A stretch of 63,944 nucleotides of DNA, counting the filler, from an uncultured Methanosarcinales archaeon (GTDB lineage Archaea; Nanobdellota; Nanobdellia; Woesearchaeales; JAGLXL01): assembly GCA_964472345.1 (NCBI GenBank). It is 6 parts of 6 records of this genome, joined end to end, with 100 filler letters (N's around TTAATTAATTAA, not from the genome) between each part and the next. Parts side by side here need not be neighbours in the genome. Positions count along the whole stretch, not along the records: positions 12,931 to 25,713 come from CAYYLB010000036.1; positions 25,814 to 37,915 come from CAYYLB010000037.1; 4 more parts are not named here. One strand, 5' to 3'. Shown here piece by piece: positions 18,457 through 26,155 of the stretch. A program made the translations under genes and the position numbers. How positions within the stretch are numbered: position 1 is the first letter of the stretch; every line of letters begins with the position of its first letter. Under the pieces are notes generated by a model, which saw only the letters and a list, made by a program, of their open reading frames with translations, was not told the origin of the DNA and ran no database searches.

Positions 18457-20461
18457 TCTGCTCAAGTTCGGCGGCCGTCCCGGGCTTCCGCGCAGCAATC
18501 TCGAGCAGTGTGTCATTGGAAAGGATCACATACGCCGGCACGCCAGTCTCCTGCGCAAGCCGGTTCCGCCACTGCTTCAGCCGGTCAAACGCATCCTCCG
18601 CGATGGGAGCGCTTCCCGTGCCCTTCTCCATCAGCGCCTGCATCTCCGGCGTCACAAAACGCGTCAGGTTTCCGGCGTGCAGCAGGTAAAGCTGCTCCTT
18701 TGCCCTGCTGATGGCGACGTAAAACAGGCGCCGTTCTTCCTCTTCACGGTCATAATCAAGCTCCTTCACAAGGTCGATGATGGGGTGATCGCTCGCCTTG
18801 CAGGGGAAGTAAAGGCTGCTGCATCCTACGACAAGCACGAGCGCGGCTTCCATCCCTTTGATCGCGTGCACCGTCGCCAGCGTCACCTCATCCTGCTTCG
18901 CGACGCGCTCGCTCCGCTGGTCTTCGCTTCGCACAAGATGCGGGATTCCCGCAGCCCGCAACGCAGCCTGCAGCTCGTCCAGCTGCCGGTTCGTGCGCGC
19001 CAGGACGAAGATCTCATTCCGCGCCGCGCTGCTTTCCAGGATTGTCTGCATGACAAACGCCCGCTCCCCCTCCTCATCGCCGCAGGGGACCAGCACCGCC
19101 TTCCCTCCGTCCTGCGCCGCTTCAATGTCGGGGAGCCGCAGCGTGCGAATCGCTGCGTTCATCAGCTCCACGAGCTCCTTCCCTGAACGGTAGTTCCTGG
19201 TCAGATGCACCACCTCGCTGCTGCCGAACCGCTGCGGAAATTCCAGAAGGAACTGCACGGTTGAGCCGCGCCACCCGAAGATTGACTGCCGGGGATCGCC
19301 GACACAGAACAGGTTCGGCGCACCAAGCGCTTCCAGCAGCTTCACCTGCTGCGCATTCACGTCCTGGTACTCGTCAACCAGAACGTGCTCATACCGCGGC
19401 ATGGTTTCGGGATGCTCCGCAAACAGCCGCAGTGCGTCCAGCAGCTGGTCAGCATAGTCTCGCAGCCCCTGCTGCCCCATCGCTTCCTGCATCGCAGTGC
19501 AGATCCGGTGCACGAGCTGCGCATTCGCACGGTCAGGCGCTGCAATGCCCTGCTTCTGCGAAAAATCGGCAAGCCGTTTCCCCGTTGTCTTGCAGTGCTC
19601 CAGCACGCTGAAACAGTCATAGACAAAGCGGTAGAACAGCTCCTCATCCGTCTTGCCGCGCCGCTGCGCGAATGAATAGAACCTCAGCAGCACCTCATCA
19701 GCGCGCCCGCCGAGCTTCTCGATGGATTCCCGCAGCAGCCGCACCCGCTCCCCAAACGACAGCACCCGCACCCCTTTTCCATACGCAAGGCCCGTATGCC
19801 GCAGCAGCGCCTTCTCGCAGAAGGAATTGAACGTCTCCACCTGCACCTGGGCGATGCCGGCCGCCGCAAGCCGCTCCTCCATCTCCTTCCGTGCCTTCCG
19901 GGTGAAGGTGATCGCCAGGATGCGCTCCGGATTGATGGAGCGGAACCTCACCAGGAACTCGATGCGCTTGGTCAGCGTCAGCGTCTTCCCGCTTCCCGCC
20001 CCCGCAACGCAGAGGATGCGTTCCGCAGCTGAGGTGATCGCTTTCTTTTGCTCATCGGTATAATCGCGGAGAAAGAAATCAAACGCCGCAAACAGCTTTC
20101 GGTCCTGCTCGGTGATCGCCGCCGCGGGCAGCACGCGCCCTTGCACGCTCGTTGCCGCTAGCCGGGGCTCTGCAAGCTCTGCCTTCCCTGCAGCAGTCAG
20201 CGCATAGACCTTGACATACTGCTTGTTTGGCAGCGCGGCCTGCTCAAGAAGCCGGTTCGCCGCGAGCCGCTCGATCATCGCCTCGATCTCAGCTGCATCA
20301 TAGCCGCTCAGCGCCCCGAACGCCGCAAGCCGGTGCAGCCTGCTTCGCGTGACCATCTCGCGCTCGTTCCCCCGCAGAACATCCACAAGCAGCCGCCTCC
20401 CGACGCCGAAGGGCAGCTCCTGCAGCGCGCGCAGCACCGCAAGGTAGTCATCAGCCGCCAT
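18368..20461 (-). CDS. UvrD/Rep (SF1) helicase with N-terminal RQC-like winged helix and C-terminal HRDC
   Basis: AGAGSGKT, VDEYQD, VGDPRQSIFGWRG, TVHAIKGME, EEERRLFYVAISRAK; HRDC LKQWR..VPAYVIL..GIGPVKLQKYG. Confidence 0.9.
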   Translation of the reverse strand: MAADDYLAVLRALQELPFGVGRRLLVDVLRGNEREMVTRSRLHRLAAFGALSGYDAAEIEAMIERLAANRLLEQAALPNKQYVKVYALTAAGKAELAEPRLAATSVQGRVLPAAAITEQDRKLFAAFDFFLRDYTDEQKKAITSAAERILCVAGAGSGKTLTLTKRIEFLVRFRSINPERILAITFTRKARKEMEERLAAAGIAQVQVETFNSFCEKALLRHTGLAYGKGVRVLSFGERVRLLRESIEKLGGRADEVLLRFYSFAQRRGKTDEELFYRFVYDCFSVLEHCKTTGKRLADFSQKQGIAAPDRANAQLVHRICTAMQEAMGQQGLRDYADQLLDALRLFAEHPETMPRYEHVLVDEYQDVNAQQVKLLEALGAPNLFCVGDPRQSIFGWRGSTVQFLLEFPQRFGSSEVVHLTRNYRSGKELVELMNAAIRTLRLPDIEAAQDGGKAVLVPCGDEEGERAFVMQTILESSAARNEIFVLARTNRQLDELQAALRAAGIPHLVRSEDQRSERVAKQDEVTLATVHAIKGMEAALVLVVGCSSLYFPCKASDHPIIDLVKELDYDREEEERRLFYVAISRAKEQLYLLHAGNLTRFVTPEMQALMEKGTGSAPIAEDAFDRLKQWRNRLAQETGVPAYVILSNDTLLEIAARKPGTAAELEQIRGIGPVKLQKYGKGVLDVLWLGASPSTS

Positions 20462-20463
20462 AC

Positions 20464-21057
20464 TCAGAAGACGCGTCCCCTCTCCAGCGCCTCAAAGGTG
20501 AATCTGCGCTTCACGCCCCCGGCATCCTCCGCAATGACATGCCTCCCGAGCGCCCGCACCGTGTACGTACTCCCCTTCAATATAAACTGCTTCCCAACCT
20601 GCGCGGGAAACTGCTTGAACAGCACCGTGACGCGGTGCACCTCTTTTCCCGACAGGCGGTCGCGCGTGAACAGCCGCGACGTCACGCGCAGCAGTCCCCC
20701 AAACCGTGCCTGGAGCTGCCTGCCGAGCTTCCGCGCGAACCGGAAATCGTCAACGCGCAGGTCAACGCCGTGCTTCAGCCACCGCTCATTGCTGATTCGG
20801 ATCCCTGCCCGCCCCAACGTCGCAGCAGCGAACGCATGCACCTCTTTCTCAACGTTCCGCAGCTGGATCGTCGCCTCGAAGTAGCCCGCGTGCTTCCCCT
20901 GCCGCTTTGCTGCACGCCCGTGCGCTGATCCGGGCTTTGGCTGCGCCTTCTTCCTGCGCGAGGGACCGGCCTCCGGTGGGTGCAGCTGGGCATGGCACGC
21001 AGCGCACAGGAACTCCTGATGAAGCTCCTTCTTCCCGCATCTGACGCAGAAGTCCAT
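20464..21057 (-). CDS. NMD3-like ribosome biogenesis protein (short form)
   Basis: FCVRCG..LCAAC; YFEATIQLR; GVDL; RVTVL. Confidence 0.75.
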   Translation of the reverse strand: MDFCVRCGKKELHQEFLCAACHAQLHPPEAGPSRRKKAQPKPGSAHGRAAKRQGKHAGYFEATIQLRNVEKEVHAFAAATLGRAGIRISNERWLKHGVDLRVDDFRFARKLGRQLQARFGGLLRVTSRLFTRDRLSGKEVHRVTVLFKQFPAQVGKQFILKGSTYTVRALGRHVIAEDAGGVKRRFTFEALERGRVF

Positions 21058-21155
21058 ACGGCAAAAACATCCGCGTGCTTGATAAAGGTAACGGTGCGTT
21101 TGGCTGCACTCCTGGAGCTATTGCATTGCGTGCACAAACGAGCGAATGCCTAATT

Positions 21156-21617
21156 TCAAGCAAAAAAGCAGGCGCGCTGGTGTTGAACTGCGTCTTGGAG
21201 CAGCAAAATAGCAGGTAATACTACGCTTATATCATCATCTAACGAAAAAGAAAACCGGCATACTTCTTCACACCCCCCCACAAATCTCTCAAGCAGGCCC
21301 GGTTGAACCGTCTTCAGGGGCTTCTTAGCAAACGCAATCTTGATGACATCCCCTGAGGATTGAATATCATAATGTCTCTGGCGGTACTTAACGAACAGCT
21401 CAAGCGCTCTTCTGAAAGAAGGATCATGGTTTGCATCTATTTCAAGATGATTATACCTCATTTTCCCATCCTCCTCTTCTTTTGCATACTGGAAAACGGA
21501 GGAGAGAAGGTCGTACCATTCTAAGTTGCTACATCTTCCCCAGGAGGAGTCTGCCGGCATGAACGTTCGAGCAACGAGATAACGCTCTCCGGAGTCTTGG
21601 CGGGTGCATGTGCTCAA
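21156..21617 (-). CDS. lower-GC hypothetical protein; frame stays open to about 21820 without an in-frame ATG (possible frameshift near 21795)
   Basis: Manual translation upstream of the TTG start stays open; the nearby ATGs are out of frame. Confidence 0.5.
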   Translation of the reverse strand: MSTCTRQDSGERYLVARTFMPADSSWGRCSNLEWYDLLSSVFQYAKEEEDGKMRYNHLEIDANHDPSFRRALELFVKYRQRHYDIQSSGDVIKIAFAKKPLKTVQPGLLERFVGGCEEVCRFSFSLDDDISVVLPAILLLQDAVQHQRACFFA

Positions 21618-21864
21618 AAACGCAACGAGTGGCGCTTTTTCGTCCCGAACTAAAATGAAAGCATCATCAATCCCCTCCTCAAGCTTGCCGGGGACAGCGA
21701 TGCCGGCTCTTTGTGCAACACCGCGAACCTGCTCAGCTACTCCTTCGTAGGCTTCCTTATTCTTAATATTACTATACAGGCAGTTTCGACTCCCATTCCC
21801 ATGGGGAACCGCCTCCCATTTTTAAACTTTTCTATATGTAACCACTAAAAAGTAACTAATTGAC

Positions 21865-22500
21865 CTATTTCTTCACCATCCTCCACAGCCCCACTTTCAC
21901 GTAATACGCTCTCCGCCGGTGCCACGGCAGCTGCTGCGGAATGCGGAAATCATACGCCCAGCGGTCCGTGATCATAAACCTATGGTCGCGCGCCACCGCC
22001 TCGACAAACGCAGCAGTGCTGATCTTGTGCATGCTGTACACTGTTTTCCCGACGGTAAACGCCTGCTCCAGGAACCTCTTGTCATGGTGCCTAACCTTCG
22101 TCCCGAACGGCGGGTTCTGCAGCACCACATCCACGTTTGTCGTAAAATCAGCGATGTCCGCGCAGATAAACTCACTTTTCCCGATGTCATAAGCCTGCTC
22201 AAGCGCATCAACGTTCTTGCGTGCCAGCTCAAGCGCCTGCTGCTCGGCATCAACGAAAAATACCCGCTTCGCGCCCATCAGCAGCGCACCGCAGCCAAGG
22301 ATGCCAGGCCCGCACGCCGCATCTAAGCTCACTTTTCCCGCCAGATCAGGCTTAAGTGCCGCCTGCCAGATCCAGTCTGCCGCAATCTCGCTCGGAGTCG
22401 CATACTGCTCAAGCCTCACATCGACTTTTTCAAACCCTTTCAGCCTGCTCAGCTCAACTGCAAGCCGCTTCTTCGTCCAGCCTGAACTCTCACTTTTCAT
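21865..22500 (-). CDS. METTL5-like N6-adenine RNA methyltransferase
   Basis: LEQYATP, DAACGPG SAM motif, NPPFG, YSMHK. Confidence 0.9.
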   Translation of the reverse strand: MKSESSGWTKKRLAVELSRLKGFEKVDVRLEQYATPSEIAADWIWQAALKPDLAGKVSLDAACGPGILGCGALLMGAKRVFFVDAEQQALELARKNVDALEQAYDIGKSEFICADIADFTTNVDVVLQNPPFGTKVRHHDKRFLEQAFTVGKTVYSMHKISTAAFVEAVARDHRFMITDRWAYDFRIPQQLPWHRRRAYYVKVGLWRMVKK

Positions 22501-22758
22501 ATTTTTCCGCTTGCCGGACAGTGGTTTCTGCTTCCTCAAAGCCGCCAAAAGCGCCGGCAACCCTCACTTTACACCACATCTCTGGGCTCATCTGCGGCAA
22601 CATGGTGCGCCAACCCTATCAAAGCCCCATGCACCCATCCTGATCCCAAACAGCCTGCCATTTATAAACCATTCCTTCAACCCCCTCGCAGGCCTCCGCC
22701 AAAACGTTCGCAAAACCGCTTTCCACAAACTCCGCAAATCTCACCGCAGGATAAGCTC

Positions 22759-22910
22759 AAGTCCCAAAGTAGTCCCAGGACCGACTGAGACAGGACCATA
22801 GAAGTCCTACTATATTCCCAAAATATACAAAAAATAAGAGGAAAGCGTTCCCTAAATAGTCCCAATATATTCCCAAGTTGTTCCCAACATAGTCCCAGCA
22901 AGTCCCAGCG
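22759..22910 (+). repeat. helically phased 11-bp repeat array (core KTCCCA)
   Basis: TCCCA-like cores at 22762, 22773, 22805, 22816, 22849, 22860, 22871, 22882, 22893, 22903. Confidence 0.85.
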
Positions 22911-22955
22911 AACGTCACCAAAAGGTTTATTAACGTCCCGCGCATCACAGCTCCC

Positions 22956-23615
22956 ATGGGGCTTTTCGCAGGAGGGCGCGACTGGGACAAGATCGACCGC
23001 AGCCTCAAGGGCGCGTTCGCCGGCGTCAGGCAGGACACCGCCACGCTCTACGAGTGGATCCAGTTTCTTCACAGGAAACTTGAGCGCCAGCAGCAGACCA
23101 TTATCGCCCTCCAGGACAAGTTCGACACGCACCTGCTCACCCCGCAGGACATCCGGCAGCTGCTCGAGAGCCACTTCGCTATCAGGAGCGCCCAGCAGCT
23201 CGATCATCGTGTCCGGCAGCTCGACCGGAAAGTCGGCGTGCTCGCGGCATTGCACGACGGCCAGCACACGCGCCTCAGCGAGCTGCATAAGCGCCTCGAT
23301 TCGCTCCATACCGTCGCTGAGAAGAAAAGCGCATCGCTCAAGGAGCGCATCATAAGGAAGCTCACCCGCAACAGCAAAGCCTATGCCAAGAACGTGATCC
23401 TCAGCTACATCGAGAAATACCGCGAAGTCTCCGCCACGCAGCTCAAGGAAATGCTCGTCGAGGAGCAGCGGCTCTGCTCAAAAAGCAGCCTCTACCGCCT
23501 GCTGCAGGAGTTGGAAGACACCCAAAAAGTGAGCGTTGTCCACGACAGCAAGCAGAAAACCTACTTCAGCCGCTCCATAAAAGCCCCAAAAGAGCACATC
23601 TTCGACGAGAAATAA
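22956..23615 (+). CDS. coiled-coil plus C-terminal winged-helix protein
   Basis: Heptad-rich N-terminal half; ATQLKEMLVEEQRLCSKSSLYRLLQELE HTH followed by wing strands; TATA-like TTTATTAA near 22926. Confidence 0.75.
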   Translation: MGLFAGGRDWDKIDRSLKGAFAGVRQDTATLYEWIQFLHRKLERQQQTIIALQDKFDTHLLTPQDIRQLLESHFAIRSAQQLDHRVRQLDRKVGVLAALHDGQHTRLSELHKRLDSLHTVAEKKSASLKERIIRKLTRNSKAYAKNVILSYIEKYREVSATQLKEMLVEEQRLCSKSSLYRLLQELEDTQKVSVVHDSKQKTYFSRSIKAPKEHIFDEK

Positions 23616-23624
23616 GCTCAAACC

Positions 23625-23847
23625 GGCGTTATTGAAAAGTTCGCCAAGATGGCCAGTGTGCGTGTCGGGCTCGGCACGACACCCAGGAGGACGCTGCACG
23701 TTCTCCGTGCCGGCGTGAGCAGGATGCCTGCCAGGCTCTAGCTCGACTCGAGTCCGAAGGACGATTAACTCGAGCGCCTCGGACTCGGTACGAGGCTCAG
23801 GAAAGCGCACTTTTCCGCGTAGCGAACGGGAACTTTTCAATAATGCG
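23625..23847. mobile_element. MITE-like element: 18-bp imperfect TIRs and 8-bp target duplication CTCAAACC
   Basis: Left end GGCGTTATTGAAAAGTTC; right end reverse complement CGCATTATTGAAAAGTTC; CTCAAACC at 23617-23624 and 23848-23855. Confidence 0.8.
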
Positions 23848-23940
23848 CTCAAACCACAACCTTTTTAAACACCGCAGCGTTCCTCTCAACTGCTTCGGGG
23901 GGTTGGTGTGAAGCAGGGTTCATGAAGCGGAGGTAGCTCT

Positions 23941-24417
23941 ATGACCATCTTCAAGCGCTTATTTGGAGGCATGCTTGCCCAGTTCCGCGACGAGCTCGAT
24001 GAGCACCGTGCGGCAATCAACGAGAATACCGACGAGATCCAGTCCAATTATGCCTATGCGCAGGAGCTCCATCAGAAGCTCAGCCAGCTCGCGGAGCGCC
24101 TCGGCCATATCGAGCTGCTTCTGGAAGGCCAGGTCAAGCGCTTCGAAGTCCATCCCCTCACCCACCCGGAAAAGCAGGTCTTCCTCGTTCTCTACACTGA
24201 GGAAAAGCCCCTCACCTATGCCGATATCACAGCGCAGACTGGCTACACTGAATCGCTCGTGCAGCATCACATAACCAGTCTCATCGAAAAGGGCATCCCT
24301 ATTATCAAATCCTACTTCAACGGCACACCATTTATGAAGCTCAATCCCGAGTTCAAAGAGCTTCAGGCCAAGGAGAACCTCCTGAACCTGTCACTAAAAT
24401 CTTTTGTTGAAGATTAA
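23941..24417 (+). CDS. coiled-coil plus winged-helix protein
   Basis: Coiled-coil N-terminus; LTHPEKQVFLVLY..LTYADIT..TESLVQHHITSLIEKGIPI wHTH; GGAGGT RBS. Confidence 0.8.
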   Translation: MTIFKRLFGGMLAQFRDELDEHRAAINENTDEIQSNYAYAQELHQKLSQLAERLGHIELLLEGQVKRFEVHPLTHPEKQVFLVLYTEEKPLTYADITAQTGYTESLVQHHITSLIEKGIPIIKSYFNGTPFMKLNPEFKELQAKENLLNLSLKSFVED

Positions 24418-24549
24418 AAGTTTTATTCAACAAATTAAATAAATATTTCAAGCTAAAACAAAAACTTTTAGTCTTAATCTAATCTAAATTAGTAATAAAC
24501 TATTTAATCAAAAATTAAAAGTTTTATGCGAAAACTATAAATACTTAAA

Positions 24550-24577
24550 AATTCGTATAATATACATTAGACGAATG
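24550..24577. other. dif-like tyrosine recombinase site
   Basis: AATTCGTATAA-TATACA-TTAGACGAATG: 11-6-11 imperfect palindrome (9 of 11), TAA-N6-TTA core, 33 bp upstream of the Xer-family gene. Confidence 0.75.
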
Positions 24578-24610
24578 TTTTATGCGGGGAAATAAAAAAG
24601 AGGCAAAACC

Positions 24611-25429
24611 ATGCTTGAGGACCTGCTCACAGAGCTAAAACTGCGGGGTCTGAGCCCGAGGACGGTCAAGACATATGTCTACCACAACAAGCGATTTCTT
24701 GACTTCATCAAAAAACAACCCGCGGACGTAACCCAGCAAGACATAAAACTCTACTTGGCAGAACACACCGACACTTCAAGTCTTGCAACCGTTTCACTGA
24801 TGAAAAGCGCCCTCCGGTTCTATTACGATGAAATTCTCCAGAAGAACTACCTTTCGTTCAAAAGTCCCAAGCCAGCGCGAAAGCTGCCCATAGTCCTGAC
24901 GGAAGAAGAAGTCCTTCGGCTGATCGATGCCGCCCCAACCCGGAAAAGCAGCCTCTTGCTGCAGATGCTCTATGGTTCGGGATTACGGGTAAGCGAATGC
25001 GCAAGTCTCAAGGTGGTCGACATCGAACTCGATCAAAAGATAGGGTGGGTCCGTCGCGGCAAGGGTGCCAAAGACAGGATGATCATCATTTCCGATGGTA
25101 TCATCAAGGAATTGCGCAAATATCTTGAAAAGTATGAAGGGGCCTACCTCTTCTCCAAAGAGAAGCCGCTCTCACCACGGAGCGTCCAGCAGATGCTCAA
25201 GCGGGTGGCTGAAAAGGCAGGCATCAGGAAAGACATCTCACCCCATACCCTCCGCCACAGCTTTGCCACCCATCTGCTCCAGCATGGAACGGACGTGCGG
25301 GTCATCCAGGAGCTGCTTGGCCACTCCCATCTCGAAACCACACAGATCTACACCCAAGTGACGCAGGAGCAGATAAGGAGAGTAAGAAGTCCGCTCGATA
25401 CGATCAGGAACAAGAAGTCCAATGGATAG
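24611..25429 (+). CDS. xerA: XerA/XerD-family tyrosine recombinase
   Basis: LYGSGLRVSE, GKGAKDR, HTLRHSFATHLL, IQELLGHSHLETTQIYT; N-terminal SAM-like domain. Confidence 0.88.
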   Translation: MLEDLLTELKLRGLSPRTVKTYVYHNKRFLDFIKKQPADVTQQDIKLYLAEHTDTSSLATVSLMKSALRFYYDEILQKNYLSFKSPKPARKLPIVLTEEEVLRLIDAAPTRKSSLLLQMLYGSGLRVSECASLKVVDIELDQKIGWVRRGKGAKDRMIIISDGIIKELRKYLEKYEGAYLFSKEKPLSPRSVQQMLKRVAEKAGIRKDISPHTLRHSFATHLLQHGTDVRVIQELLGHSHLETTQIYTQVTQEQIRRVRSPLDTIRNKKSNG

Positions 25430-25532
25430 CCCCCCAAGGGCAAGCCTAAAAATAAAGTCTTAAATTTTTGATAGTGTATTATTCCCTTATGGATTCTTTT
25501 TATGCTGTTTAGTGCGCGGCTGCGCAAGAACC

Positions 25533-25561
25533 CTGCGGGCTGAGCGAAGCGAAGCCCGCAG
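25533..25561. repeat. hairpin capped by GAGCGAAGCGA
   Basis: CTGCGGGCT-GAGCGAAGCGA-AGCCCGCAG; the same 13-mer lies on the minus strand at 25851-25863. Confidence 0.7.
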
Positions 25562-25713
25562 TAGTTCACTCCCGCAGGACATAAAAATGGAGTGAGAGCG
25601 CAGCGGGGCAAGCGACCGAAAGGAGCGCAGAGTTTTCTTACTGCCGAAAATCAGATAGGTGCCGTAGTTTTTACTTACTTTAACATCAATAACTGCGAAG
25701 CAGACAATAGTTT

Positions 25714-25813
25714 NNNNNNNNNNNNNNNNNNNNNNNNNNNNNNNNNNNNNNNNNNNNTTAATTAATTAANNNNNNNNNNNNNNNNNNNNNNNNNNNNNNN
25801 NNNNNNNNNNNNN
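25714..25813. other. artificial contig linker
   Basis: N-run/TTAATTAATTAA/N-run. Confidence 0.98.
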
Positions 25814-25863
25814 GAGACACAGAAACTTGCGTTTCTTACCTCTAAGCGCTTTCGCTTCGCTCA

Positions 25864-25935
25864 AGCCCTTAGAGGGATTTGAACCCCCGGCCTACTGCTT
25901 ACGAAGCAGTCGCTCTGCCACTGAGCTATAAGGGC
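25864..25935 (-). tRNA. tRNA-Thr(CGT)
   Basis: GCCCTTA acceptor, TAGCTCAGTGGCAGAGC D arm, ACTGC-TT-CGT-AA-GCAGT anticodon arm, GGTTCAAATCC T arm. Confidence 0.93.
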
Positions 25936-25941
25936 GGAATT

Positions 25942-26103
25942 TTATTCTAGCGGTTCGAGCATCTGCCGCTTCTCATTTTTGAACTTTCTCTGGCAGCCGA
26001 AGCAGACGGTGTGCAGCTTGCCTTTTGCGTCCTTGATGATCGTTCCCTTGATTTTCCCGAGGAACAGCTGCTCGATCGCCGCCTTGCAGAGCTCGCATTT
26101 CAT
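25942..26103 (-). CDS. 53-aa Zn-finger protein (not in the ORF track)
   Basis: MKCELCKAAIEQLFLGKIKGTIIKDAKGKLHTVCFGCQRKF...; CxxC...CxxC; divergent from ABCE1 across TATTTAAAT. Confidence 0.75.
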   Translation of the reverse strand: MKCELCKAAIEQLFLGKIKGTIIKDAKGKLHTVCFGCQRKFKNEKRQMLEPLE

Positions 26104-26155
26104 TGCGGCTGCGGGAGAGCAAAGCTATTTAAATGTAGCGTCGTGCCGCGAGAAG

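Noticed and set aside
22759..22910. Possible CRISPR array
   Set aside because: The period is 11 bp with 5-6-bp cores; there are no 25-45-bp repeats with unique spacers and no cas genes.
22677..23309. Minus-strand ORFs with W/G-rich repeats across the array
   Set aside because: Translation artefacts of the TCCCA repeats and antisense to a better-supported gene.
23625..23847. SRP RNA or RNase P RNA
   Set aside because: Neither the SRP helix-8 motif nor the RNase P P4 consensus was found; TIRs plus a target duplication favour a MITE.
24611..25429. Integron integrase
   Set aside because: At 272 aa it appears to lack the IntI-specific insertion before the HxLRH box, and no convincing attC array follows. 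Xer-like is the better call.
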